A stretch of 64,000 nucleotides of DNA from Bacillota bacterium. Its GTDB lineage: Bacteria > Bacillota > Sulfobacillia > JAUYEG01. The stretch lies in assembly GCA_030691505.1 (NCBI GenBank), contig JAUYEG010000091.1:34552-98551 (forward strand). Direction: 5' to 3'. Positions within the stretch are counted from its first letter, which is position 1, and each line of letters starts with the position of its first letter. The translations under genes were made by a program, and so were the position numbers. Positions 1-8,964 of the stretch are shown piece by piece. The notes beneath the pieces are model-generated. The model was not told the origin of the DNA, did no database searches, and was given only the letters and a program-made list of their open reading frames with translations.

Positions 1-14
1 AGTCTCAGGAGTCT

Positions 15-242
15 GTGCGGGTGCGGCTGTTCGGAGAGCTGGTGCGCTTTGCCGCCGGCCGCGGCTATGAGTTCGAGTGGCCGTTGGCGACCGGCCAGAC
101 CGTCGCGGACATACTCGCCGCCATCGGGATACCCGAGGCCGAAGTGTGGATGGTGGCGATAAACGGCACCAAGGTTCCGGGGACGACGCAGCCGCGGGCG
201 GGTGACCAGTTGATGGTGTTTTCGCCGGTGGGCGGCGGCTGA
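15..242 (+). CDS. MoaD/ThiS-family ubiquitin-like sulfur-carrier protein
   Basis: 75-aa ORF ending in the diagnostic C-terminal Gly-Gly (SPVGGG). It lies directly upstream of a pterin-dependent AOR gene. The GTG start is near the window edge, so the 5' end is uncertain. Confidence 0.7.
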   Translation: MRVRLFGELVRFAAGRGYEFEWPLATGQTVADILAAIGIPEAEVWMVAINGTKVPGTTQPRAGDQLMVFSPVGGG

Positions 243-337
243 CCGGGCGGGCGGCCGGAGCGCGGCGTCCGACAGCAGGCGCGCGGCGCCAGGCGGCAGC
301 CGGCTAGACATCGAGCTTGTGAGCGGGAGGGTGAATT

Positions 338-2224
338 TTGAGCAACGGATATTGGGGCAAGATCATGCGCGTTAACCTAACTGACGGGACGATCGGGACC
401 GAGACCCCGCCGGAGCAGTTCTACCGCGCCTACTACGGCGGGCGGGGCCTCATCGCGTACTACCTCCTCAAGGAAGTGCCCCCGGGCACGGATCCACTGG
501 GGCCCGACAACCGGTTCATCGTGGCTCCGGGCGTGGTCACCGGTGTGCCGTATGCCGGTGCGGGACGCAACAGCTATGGAGCCCTTTCGCCCCTGACCGA
601 CGCTTACGGCGAGGGTGAGGGCGGCGGCTTTTTCGGCGCTGAGCTAAAGCGGGCCGGCGTGGACGCGGTTGTTTTCGAAGGCGCCTCGGCCAAGCCCGTC
701 TACCTGTATGTACACGACGGCGAGGCGGAGTTGCGCGATGCGTCTCACCTATGGGGCAAGACCACCGGGGAAGTCGAGGAACTCGTGCAAGAGGAGCTCG
801 GTGACAAGCGGGTTCGTGTCGCTCAGTGCGGCATCGCTGGCGAGAATATGTCGCGCCTCGCCGCGGTCTGCAACGACCTGACCCACTACGCCGGTCGGGC
901 CGGGCTGGGCGCCGTGATGGGCGCCAAGAAGCTCAAGGCGATCGTCGCGCGCGGGACCACGGCGGTGCCCGTCGCCGACGCTGACAAGGTTCGTGAGCTG
1001 GCCCGCTGGATGGTCGAGCACTGGAACGAATCCTCGCAGGGCCTGCACGACCACGGTACGGCCAGCGGACTGGTCGGGCTAAGCACGTCGGGCGGCCTGC
1101 CGACCCGCAACTTCCAGCAGGGGCACTTCGAGGGCGCCGAAAAGATCTCCGGCCAGACCATGACCGAAAAGATCCTGATAGACCGGGATACGTGTTTCGC
1201 GTGCCCCATCCGCTGCAAGCGCGTCGTCAAGACGGGTCCGCCGCATAACGTGGACCCGAAGTACGGCGGTCCGGAGTATGAGACGCTCGGCTCGCTCGGC
1301 TCGCTCTGCGGCGTGGATGACCTTGAGGCCGTGGCCAAGGCCAATGAGCTGTGCAACGCATACGGCCTGGACACGATCGGGGTGGGCGTGACCATCGCCT
1401 TCGCGATGGAGTGCTTCGAGAACGGCCTGATCACCAAGGAAGACACCGGCGGCGTCGAGCTGCGTTTCGGCAATGCGGCGGCCATGCTGGAGATGGTCGA
1501 GAAGATCGCGCGGCGCGAGGGCTTCGGCGACCTGCTCGCCGAGGGCTCCTACCGCGCGGCCCAGAAGATCGGCAAGGGCGCCGAGCAGTACTCGGTCAGC
1601 GTCAAGAAGCAGGAGGTGCCGATGCACGAGCCGCGCCTCAAGCACGGGCTCGGTGTCGGGTACAGCCTGTCGCCGACCGGGGCCGACCACTGCCACAACA
1701 TCCACGATACGGGGTACACCAAGAGCGTGGGTTCGGCGGCGGGGTGGGGCGTGCTCGAGCCGATGCCGGCCGACTACCTCGGCGCCGAGAAGGTCCGCCT
1801 CCTCATGTACAACACGATCATGAAGAGCGCCAACAACTGCATGGTTATCTGCCAGTTCGTGCCCTGGCGCCTTGAGCATCTCGCCGGGCTGGTCGAAGGG
1901 ATCACGGGCTGGAACCACACCCACTTTGAGTTGATGAAGGTCGGCGAGCGGGCGATCAACCTGACCCGGGTTTTCAACCTGCGGCAGGGGTTCGGCGCCG
2001 CCGAGGACACGCTGACCGAGCGGTTCTTCGAGCCGTTCAAGGACGGCCCGCTGGCGGGCGCAAGGGTTGACCGCGATGCCTGGCAAAAGGCCAAGGTCAC
2101 CTACTACCGCATGATGGGCTGGACGGACGACGGTGTGCCGACGCCCGAGAAGCTCCATGAGCTGGGCATCGGCTGGGCCATCGACTACCTGCCGGCGGAC
2201 GCGCGGCGCGAGGCCGGAGCCTAG
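338..2224 (+). CDS. aor: Tungsten-containing aldehyde:ferredoxin oxidoreductase (AOR family)
   Basis: 628 aa. The N-terminus MSNGYWGKIMRVNLTDG...YYGGRGL and the internal DTCFACPIRC cluster region are typical of AOR-family enzymes. TTG start 6 nt after GGGAGGG. Confidence 0.92.
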   Translation: MSNGYWGKIMRVNLTDGTIGTETPPEQFYRAYYGGRGLIAYYLLKEVPPGTDPLGPDNRFIVAPGVVTGVPYAGAGRNSYGALSPLTDAYGEGEGGGFFGAELKRAGVDAVVFEGASAKPVYLYVHDGEAELRDASHLWGKTTGEVEELVQEELGDKRVRVAQCGIAGENMSRLAAVCNDLTHYAGRAGLGAVMGAKKLKAIVARGTTAVPVADADKVRELARWMVEHWNESSQGLHDHGTASGLVGLSTSGGLPTRNFQQGHFEGAEKISGQTMTEKILIDRDTCFACPIRCKRVVKTGPPHNVDPKYGGPEYETLGSLGSLCGVDDLEAVAKANELCNAYGLDTIGVGVTIAFAMECFENGLITKEDTGGVELRFGNAAAMLEMVEKIARREGFGDLLAEGSYRAAQKIGKGAEQYSVSVKKQEVPMHEPRLKHGLGVGYSLSPTGADHCHNIHDTGYTKSVGSAAGWGVLEPMPADYLGAEKVRLLMYNTIMKSANNCMVICQFVPWRLEHLAGLVEGITGWNHTHFELMKVGERAINLTRVFNLRQGFGAAEDTLTERFFEPFKDGPLAGARVDRDAWQKAKVTYYRMMGWTDDGVPTPEKLHELGIGWAIDYLPADARREAGA

Positions 2225-2249
2225 TCTAGGGAACGTGCGATGTGGAGCG

Positions 2250-2285
2250 GGCCCTGGAGTGCATTAGTCTCCAGGGCCTATTGCT
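2250..2285 (+). terminator. Terminator-like hairpin after aor
   Basis: 10-bp stem GGCCCTGGAG/CTCCAGGGCC (2250-2278) with a 9-nt loop, followed by TATTGCTG. The U-tract is weak. Confidence 0.45.
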
Positions 2286-2294
2286 GCGGTTCGG

Positions 2295-2344
2295 TTGAGC
2301 GTCTGAGCTCAATCCTCACGGACCTATTGAGCGCCAGAGCTCAA
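2295..2344. promoter_or_regulatory. Two copies of an 18-bp palindromic unit TTGAGC-N6-GCTCAA (candidate operator pair)
   Basis: TTGAGCGTCTGAGCTCAA at 2295-2312 and TTGAGCGCCAGAGCTCAA at 2327-2344, 32 bp centre to centre, upstream of the ylbF-like gene. Confidence 0.3.
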
Positions 2345-2453
2345 CCGGGCGGCGGCAGTTGTGCGTGTAGGACTAATGGCGGCATCCCGCGGCCGCCTGA
2401 TGTACTCCGCTTCCCCGGACAAGATAATACGGTGCGGAGGTGACCAAAGGCAC

Positions 2454-2936
2454 ATGAGTGTGAGCAACGTGTACGACCAGGCCCATTTGCTCGCTCGCAG
2501 CATCAAGGCCAGCCCCGAGTACGCCGATTTTCGCCTTGCGTCTTCCAGGCTTGAGGGGGAGAAGTCGAGCCTGGCGGTATTCAGGGACTTTCGCCGGCGG
2601 CAGTTCGAACTGCAGAGCCGCCTCTTCCGCGGCCAGGAGGTGGACGAGGCGGAGCAAGAACGGTTCGCCAAGCTCTCAGACATCGTCTCCAGCCACCCGG
2701 TCATCAGCGCCTTTCTGCAGGCCGAGTTCACCCTTTCGCGGCTGCTCGGCGACATCCAGAAGATCATCGCCGAGGCGGTGGACATCGAGCTGAGCTGGTC
2801 GGAGGCTGAGAACAAAGAGGTGGCGACGGCCGCCACGGACGCGGCGGCTGAAGGCGCGGCGGCTGAGGCGGCATCCGAGGTAGCATCCCAAGCCGACGAG
2901 ACCGGCAGGAGCGGGCCCGAAGCTCCCCGGGGCTAG
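2454..2936 (+). CDS. YlbF/YmcA-family regulatory protein (UPF0342-like) with Ala/Glu-rich tail
   Basis: MSVSNVYDQAHLLARSIKASPEYADF...FRRRQFELQ...ISAFLQAEFTLSRLLGDIQKII matches the YlbF/YheA helical-bundle pattern. I chose the ATG at 2454 (GGAGG 13 nt upstream) over the longer track ORF starting at 2361. Confidence 0.65.
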   Translation: MSVSNVYDQAHLLARSIKASPEYADFRLASSRLEGEKSSLAVFRDFRRRQFELQSRLFRGQEVDEAEQERFAKLSDIVSSHPVISAFLQAEFTLSRLLGDIQKIIAEAVDIELSWSEAENKEVATAATDAAAEGAAAEAASEVASQADETGRSGPEAPRG

Positions 2937-3002
2937 GCGGGCGGGCGGTTCGCGGCAGTTCGCCGCGGAGGGCTTCCTAGGCATTGTCCTACCTGCAACC
3001 CC

Positions 3003-3302
3003 TCACGTTGGGCCTGCCGTCTCCCGTACGACCTGCATTACGCCCATGAGCCGAAAAAGGGCGTCCGCTAGCTCGTCTCTTGTCAGCCGCGGCGGTGTGT
3101 CCGCGAGCCCCGCCAGAGCCTTGAGCATCAGGTTTCGGCGGGAGGTTACTAAGTCCAAAGCGCTCCACAGATCACCGCGAGCGATGTACTTGGCGCACAG
3201 CAGTGAGCCGCACCAGTCCAGGCGTCCGCGGCGCGCCCGGCGACGGAGCCCCGGGCCTGCAGACCGAGCACACTGTAGTCCGCAACTTGCCGGGTGGCCC
3301 AA
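3003..3302 (-). CDS. Hypothetical 99-aa ORF, possibly a gene remnant
   Basis: Only the C-terminal two thirds (DWCGSLLCAKYIARGDLWSALDLV...) looks protein-like. There is no convincing RBS, and a neighbouring frame (3149-3331) also carries protein-like sequence, which suggests a decayed gene. Confidence 0.25.
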   Translation of the reverse strand: MGHPASCGLQCARSAGPGLRRRARRGRLDWCGSLLCAKYIARGDLWSALDLVTSRRNLMLKALAGLADTPPRLTRDELADALFRLMGVMQVVRETAGPT

Positions 3303-3697
3303 GTGCTGCGTGCCTCCTCACGTGAAATCACGTCTGCCCGTAGTCTACATGGTTTACACGGCCCCGGCCCTGGACTTACAATGTGAAACGAACTGCCAAC
3401 CCAAGACGACTGTCAGCTAAGGGGAGATTTTCGTGTCGGTGGTTGCGTCCTAAGTCAAGAAGCCGCTAGCGCGGGTTGCGGGGGCGGAGATGCCTTCGCG
3501 ACGGATGGGGCTTGTTTGCCCTTTTGCGCGGCGGCCTTGCGGTGGACTGCACCACCTCCGCACCGGCCGCGGTCCTTCTCTGGGCTGCGGGGCCAAGGCT
3601 GACACGCATATAGCGCAGCTAACAGGGCCGCGGGTGGATGTCCACCGGCGGCCTTTTCGCTATGGGTTTGTTGCTGATACGGAGGAGGCTACCAGCG

Positions 3698-5734
3698 GTG
3701 GCTGCAACGGTCCTTGAGACCTTGGAATACCCCAAAATCACGGCAATGCTCGCCGAGCACACGCTAAGCGGGCTGGGCAGGGGACTCGCCGAGAGTCTGG
3801 CTCCGCTCGCCGGACTCCGCGCTGTTGAAACCGCCATGCTGGAAACGACGGAGGCGGTTGCGGTCTTGGAGCGCGGGGCGCAGATCCCGCTATGGGGGCT
3901 CGGCGACATGCGGCCCCTTATCGAACGCGTCGAAAAGGACGGCGTCCTCGGCGCGGCGGAACTCGTGCGGTTGGCCGACTGCCTGCGCGGATGCCGCGAG
4001 TTCAAACGATATATGTCCGCCAAGCAGGACCTGGCGCCCAACCTTGGCCGCCACGCGGGCGGGATAGCGCTTTTCCCGGAGCTGGAGGAAGAAATCTACG
4101 CCTCCATCGACGGGTCGCGGGTGGCCGACTCGGCCAGCCCCAGGCTGGCGCGCGTCCGCAAGGAGATCCGGATTGTCGAGGACCGGATCAAGAGCCGTCT
4201 CCAGTCGTACCTGACCGCGCCCAAGTACCGCGAGGCGCTGCAGGACAGCATCATCACGGTCAGGGGCGACCACTACGCGCTGCCGGTCAAGGCCAGCCAC
4301 CGGCACGCGGTGGACGGCGTGGTGGTCGACACCTCCGGCAGCGGCGCGACGGTGTTCATCGAACCGGCCGCCGTCCGCAGGCTGACGAACGAGCTCCAGG
4401 TGCTCCGCGGAGAGGAGGAGGCCGAGGAGTTCCAGGTGTTGACCGCGCTCTCGGGGCTCGTCGGAGCGCAGGCGATGCTGATCTCCGCCAACCTGCGGAT
4501 CATGGCCCACTACGACCTGGCTTTCGCCAAGGGGCGGCTGAGTCTGGCGATGGGCGGGCGGTCCGTGCCGGTCAACGACGTGGGGTTTATCCAGCTGCTG
4601 CAGGCCCGGCACCCGCTGCTCGGCGGCGACGCCGTACCCCTGGACCTGGTGGTGGGGCGGCGCTATCGCACCGTGGTCATCACGGGACCCAACACCGGCG
4701 GCAAAACCGTCGTGCTCAAGACGGTCGGGCTGCTGACGCTGATGGCCCAGTCCGGGCTGCACGTTCCGGTGGGCGAGGGGAGCATGTTGGCGATGTTCGG
4801 CCAGGTGCTGGCGGACATCGGGGATGCGCAGAGCATCGAGCAGTCGCTGAGCACCTTCTCCGGGCACATCAGCCACATTGCTGAGATCATGTGGGTGGCC
4901 GGGCGGTCCTCGCTCGTGCTGCTCGACGAAATCGGCACCGGGACCGACCCCGCCGAGGGTGCGGCCCTGGCCATGGGCATCCTCGAAGAGCTGCACGCCG
5001 CCGGTGCGGTGACGCTGGCGACGACGCACTACAGCGATGTGAAGCGGCTCGGCGATACGCATGCGGGGTTCATCAACGGGAGGATGGATTTCGACTCGGT
5101 GTCGCTGCGCCCGCTCTTCCGGCTGGTCATGGGAGAGGCGGGGGCGAGCCAGGCATTCTGGATAGCCGAACGGCTGGGCATCGTACCCGGCGTTCTTGAC
5201 CGCGCGCGCCGGCACCTGGCGTTGCGGCCTGAAGAAGCGGCCGGTGGCGGGATCAGGACCGGTGGCGGCGAGGGCGGCCGGGCTGGGACGGAGTCAGGCC
5301 CCAAGCCCCTGGAGGCCATCCAGCCGTTGCCCAAGGTTCGGGCGGTGGGGGCGCCGGCCGAGCCGGGCGGGGCGGCTACAGGAAGCAGCGATTCGCAAAC
5401 GGCAAAAGACGCCAAACGCCCCTGGAAACTCGGCGACTCGGTGCTCATCGAGCCGACCAATCAGCAGGGCGTTGTCGCGGTGCTCCCGGACGAGCAGGGC
5501 GAAATGGTGGTATTCGCCCGCGGCCGGCGCGAGCGCGTCAACCACAAGCGGGTCAAGCTTATCGCGCCGGCCGAGAATCTGTACCCCGAGGGCTATGACC
5601 TGCGCACGGTGCTCTATACCTGGCAGGAGCGCAAGAATATGCACGACATGGAGCGCAAGCGCGACCAGGTGGTGGCCGCCTCGCCGGGCAGCGAGATGGC
5701 GCCGAAGTCGCGGATTGAGGTGGACAGGAAGTAG
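3698..5734 (+). CDS. mutS2: MutS2-family ATPase lacking the C-terminal Smr domain
   Basis: LETLEYPKI start region, Walker A VITGPNTGGKTVVLK, and DEIGTGTDPAEGAAL are typical of MutS2. The GTG at 3698 has GGAGGAGG 9 nt upstream. A KOW-like KLGDSVLIEP segment is present, but no Smr (LDLRG...HGxGxG) module follows. Confidence 0.85.
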   Translation: MAATVLETLEYPKITAMLAEHTLSGLGRGLAESLAPLAGLRAVETAMLETTEAVAVLERGAQIPLWGLGDMRPLIERVEKDGVLGAAELVRLADCLRGCREFKRYMSAKQDLAPNLGRHAGGIALFPELEEEIYASIDGSRVADSASPRLARVRKEIRIVEDRIKSRLQSYLTAPKYREALQDSIITVRGDHYALPVKASHRHAVDGVVVDTSGSGATVFIEPAAVRRLTNELQVLRGEEEAEEFQVLTALSGLVGAQAMLISANLRIMAHYDLAFAKGRLSLAMGGRSVPVNDVGFIQLLQARHPLLGGDAVPLDLVVGRRYRTVVITGPNTGGKTVVLKTVGLLTLMAQSGLHVPVGEGSMLAMFGQVLADIGDAQSIEQSLSTFSGHISHIAEIMWVAGRSSLVLLDEIGTGTDPAEGAALAMGILEELHAAGAVTLATTHYSDVKRLGDTHAGFINGRMDFDSVSLRPLFRLVMGEAGASQAFWIAERLGIVPGVLDRARRHLALRPEEAAGGGIRTGGGEGGRAGTESGPKPLEAIQPLPKVRAVGAPAEPGGAATGSSDSQTAKDAKRPWKLGDSVLIEPTNQQGVVAVLPDEQGEMVVFARGRRERVNHKRVKLIAPAENLYPEGYDLRTVLYTWQERKNMHDMERKRDQVVAASPGSEMAPKSRIEVDRK

Positions 5735-5804
5735 CTGCTCCCTTGCGGGGTACGTCCTCGAGCGAGGGCTTGTGGTCATCCTGGGGTCGGGCGTACAATT
5801 GACT

Positions 5805-5892
5805 CCGGTATCCTCAAGTAGGCGATGGGGCTCGCCGATGCCGGCGGTCCGGCTGATGGCTCCTGCAGATGGTAGGAGCCGTTTTGTTTTGT
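5805..5892 (+). ncRNA. Candidate small structured RNA (promoter-like TTGTGG-N18-TACAAT, two hairpins, intrinsic terminator)
   Basis: A TACAAT box at 5794-5799 has TTGTGG 18 nt upstream. Downstream are the hairpin CCGGTATC...GGCGA-TGGGGC-TCGCC-GATGCCGG and then the terminator. The element sits in the 250-nt gap between mutS2 and the truncated dynamin gene. Confidence 0.25.
5858..5892 (+). terminator. Rho-independent terminator
   Basis: GGCTCCT-GCAGATGGT-AGGAGCC followed by GTTTTGTTTTGT. Confidence 0.65.
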
Positions 5893-5984
5893 GCGCCCGG
5901 CAGGGCGCACTCACTTGGGGGTGTGAGTCCCCTACAGGCCCGACGGGGGAACTGTCCTTTGACCGGCTTGGACTCGTGTCGCTG

Positions 5985-7289
5985 CTAGGGCAACTGCAAC
6001 GACTTCAGAGCGCGTGAACCGCCGGGTACGGAACCGTACGCCCGGTACTGCATGCGTTTGTGGGCATGTGCGCAGAGGAGATGCGTGTTGATGGTGGCAT
6101 CGCCAGCCTCAGAGCAACAAGGCAGGGCTGCAAAGCAGGCGGCCGCCCCGATCCTCTCCGCCGAAACTTCTTCCATCTTGGCCTCGAAGACCCGGAGGCG
6201 CCTCTCCAAGTCCTCGAGGGGCAGTTCCAGTGACCGCTGCATCAGCTTGACAGTCAGCACGGCTTCACCCAGGACGTCGACGGCTTTGGACGTGACGGCC
6301 TCCGCCAGCGCGTCATTCTTGTGTTTGGTCAGAAAGCCCAGGAGGTGCTCCTCCACCGCCTTCAGGCCGCTCTCTGCCCACAGCGATTCATTCTCCTCCG
6401 CGCGCGCCCGCACACCCCGCCTCGCGGAAACCGCGAAGATCGGCGCCTCTCGGACCAGCCCGCCGCGGTGGATCAGCGCGCCTCGCAGGAAACCGATGGC
6501 CGCGTCGAGTTCCTCCCTGTCCAGATAGTCCGTCTTGTTAAACACGACGAAGAGCCGGGCTATGCTCCGCTCAACCTCCGAGAGGAATTGAGCCTCGGCA
6601 TCGGTCAGAGGGGGGTCGGCCGACACCACAAACAAAGCCGCATCGCACTGGGGCAGAAAACGGAGCGTGGCTTCCGTATTGTGCCGCAACGTCGAGCCAA
6701 TGCCGGGCGTATCGATCAAGACCACGCCTTGGGCCAGGAACGGTGAAGGATGCATTACCTCCACCGCCGCGATACCCAGTCTGTTTTGGGGGTTGGCTTC
6801 CTCGGTAACCAGCTCCCTGAGCATCTCACTAGCGTCTTCAGGGCAATCCAAGTTGTGTTCGCGCGGGGCCCGGTTATCGAGATAGGTGACCTTGACCACG
6901 AGTTGCTTGCCCGCCCGCAGAAAGGTGGGTATCGCGGTGAGGGGCACGACAGCCGTCGGAAGGAGCGACTCACCGAGCAGCGCGTTGAGCAGGGTGCTCT
7001 TGCCCCGCTTGAACTGCCCCAGAACAGCCAGATGAAAACGGCGCTCCCGCAGTCGTTGCGCAAGCCCGGACAGGGAATCCCGGACGGCCTTCAGGGCACC
7101 CTCGGCGCCGTCTCCAGCCACGGTATCTATGGCTTGTGCCAGCAGGTCGTCCAGTTGGTGCAGGCCGTCCTCCTGCCGTCCACTTCCCCGGAGGGCGTTG
7201 CGGGTTTCCTTTGTTTCCAACACGCGCTTTTCCCCCAGATGCCGCCAATTGGCTTGCACACTATCTGGCCACCCTGTCGCCGGCTTCAC
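5985..7289 (-). CDS. Bacterial dynamin-like GTPase, apparently 3'-truncated
   Basis: P-loop LGQFKRGKSTLLNAL, DTPG (VVLIDTPGIGS) and NKTD (VVFNKTDYL) motifs of the dynamin family. The last ~55 aa (AACFAALPCCSEAGDATINTHLLCAHAHKRMQY...) look non-native, and the paddle/stalk half is missing. Confidence 0.75.
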   Translation of the reverse strand: MKPATGWPDSVQANWRHLGEKRVLETKETRNALRGSGRQEDGLHQLDDLLAQAIDTVAGDGAEGALKAVRDSLSGLAQRLRERRFHLAVLGQFKRGKSTLLNALLGESLLPTAVVPLTAIPTFLRAGKQLVVKVTYLDNRAPREHNLDCPEDASEMLRELVTEEANPQNRLGIAAVEVMHPSPFLAQGVVLIDTPGIGSTLRHNTEATLRFLPQCDAALFVVSADPPLTDAEAQFLSEVERSIARLFVVFNKTDYLDREELDAAIGFLRGALIHRGGLVREAPIFAVSARRGVRARAEENESLWAESGLKAVEEHLLGFLTKHKNDALAEAVTSKAVDVLGEAVLTVKLMQRSLELPLEDLERRLRVFEAKMEEVSAERIGAAACFAALPCCSEAGDATINTHLLCAHAHKRMQYRAYGSVPGGSRALKSLQLP

Positions 7290-7686
7290 ACGCCGGGCAC
7301 GACGGTATACGCCGGCGCCGTGTCACGGGCGCACCGCCAAGCCCCTAAACTTCGGAAGCAAGGTCCTCGGCCATGGCCGAGTAGAGCGTCAACACCCGCC
7401 CGGGCCCAAAAGCACAATGACCCCTACCTCAGTAGGAGTCATCAGTCTTGCGACAGATCGCGAACTCCATCGCGGACAACCGTCCGGTTGCCTTGTTCTG
7501 CCCTGTATTCTATGCGAATTGGCTATTGGTCCTCTTTCAGCTGGTCACCGGGCGGCAAGGCGACTGCCGAACCAGTACGGCCCACTCCGGAGATTGGGTC
7601 TGAGCAGGGATTTGCCTCGCGTCGCCGAACCCGCAGTCCAATCACGGCTTACGCAGCCTATACGCACAAGGAGACCAGCGACTGTC

Positions 7687-8661
7687 TTGAACCAACCGCT
7701 CACGACCCTGGCGATCATGTTCGGCTCGCTGACCATCGGGTACGCCTACCAGGTTTCATTTCGACGCGCCAGGCCGGAGGCTGAGCACAAGGTGCCGCGT
7801 CTTGCGGCGGCCGTCCAGCGGCTTGTCGTGACCGTCATATCTCCGCTGACGCTGCTCAACGCCTTTTGGGTACTGTCGGTGTCGGGCGGCACGATGGTTC
7901 TCTTTCCGCTGGTCGGGGCGCTTTCGCATGTGGTTGGCGGAGCGTCCGCCATCGCGGCGTCGCGGTTGCTTGGCCTGGACCGCAAGTCAACGGGATCCAT
8001 GCTGACCTGCGGGGCGTTCACCAACCTGGGCTCTATCGGCGGGCTCGTGTCGTTCATATTCCTCGGCGAGGCCGGTTACGCGCTGGCCGCCCTGTTCCGG
8101 ATGTTCGAGCCTGTGCTCTACTTTCTTGTCGGCTTTCCCATGGCCAAGACGTACGCGCAGGAGGCGTCGGATGACAACCGGCTGCGGCTTGACCTTAGGG
8201 CCATCGTACGGGACAGGCTGATCTTGCTGCCAATACTGGGCATCGCGGCGGGGGTGGTGCTCAACTCCTCCGGCCTTATCAGGCCGCCGGCGGTGGGTGT
8301 TGCCAACTCCTACTTGATCCTGGCATCGACCGTTGGGATGCTCTTTGCGGTGGGCCTCAACATGCGGCCCGCCGCGGCCCGCGGGTACATGTGTGAAAGC
8401 GCGGCGATCGCGGGCATCAAGTACGTGGTCCTGCCTGCTACACTGACCCTGGTGGCGCTCCTGCTCGGCTACGGGCGGCTCGAAGGAGGGCTCCCTCTCA
8501 GGGTGGTCATCACCATGTCGGCGATGCCCGTCGCCTTTAACTCGCTGGTCCCGCCATCGCTGTACGGCCTCAATAAGGACCTCGCCAATTCGGCCTGGCT
8601 GGTCAGCATGGCCCTGCTCGTCGTCGTCCTGCCGCTGCTGTCGCTGGTGCGGATGATCTAG
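7687..8661 (+). CDS. AEC-family (auxin efflux carrier-like) membrane transporter
   Basis: About 10 predicted TM segments. GAFTNLGSIGGLV and MPVAFNSLVPPSLYGLNKDLANS resemble the two AEC repeats. I chose the TTG at 7687 (AAGGAG 13 nt upstream); the 186 aa upstream in the track ORF are non-protein-like. Confidence 0.7.
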   Translation: MNQPLTTLAIMFGSLTIGYAYQVSFRRARPEAEHKVPRLAAAVQRLVVTVISPLTLLNAFWVLSVSGGTMVLFPLVGALSHVVGGASAIAASRLLGLDRKSTGSMLTCGAFTNLGSIGGLVSFIFLGEAGYALAALFRMFEPVLYFLVGFPMAKTYAQEASDDNRLRLDLRAIVRDRLILLPILGIAAGVVLNSSGLIRPPAVGVANSYLILASTVGMLFAVGLNMRPAAARGYMCESAAIAGIKYVVLPATLTLVALLLGYGRLEGGLPLRVVITMSAMPVAFNSLVPPSLYGLNKDLANSAWLVSMALLVVVLPLLSLVRMI

Positions 8662-8964
8662 TCCCGAGCGCCGGTCCGCCCCCAGGCCGGGTATGCCTGG
8701 CCATAGGCTGCGAGTAGGTCAACTTCCGCGGCACGGACCCACTCAAGGCCAATCCAGCTGGTGGTCCGCGTCACCCAAGTGGTGACGGAGTGCGGCGACC
8801 CGGCCGTGGCCCTCCGGGTGCGCGCCCAGTGCAGCGAAGGGCGCTAGCCGCGGGACGGGGCACCACAGAGCCGAGGGGCGCAACGATGCGCGCTCCCTCG
8901 GCTTTGCTTCCTGCCTCAGGTCGTCTGTTCCCCGGGGCTTCTCTTGTCCCGCTCGCTGCTGCTC

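Noticed and set aside
3890-5215. 441-aa minus-strand and 330-aa plus-strand ORFs inside mutS2
   Set aside because: They are alternate-frame shadows. Only the 3698-5734 frame shows Walker A/B and MutS2 blocks.
5824-5874. 16-codon micro-ORF (MGLADAGGPADGSCRW) inside the candidate sRNA
   Set aside because: It has no SD, and the sequence is better explained by the hairpin and terminator structure that it overlaps.
7129-7686. N-terminal 186 codons of the 510-aa track ORF containing the AEC transporter
   Set aside because: The sequence is Arg/Pro/Ser-rich and non-hydrophobic, and it overlaps the dynamin gene start region on the other strand. Transporter-like sequence begins near 7687.
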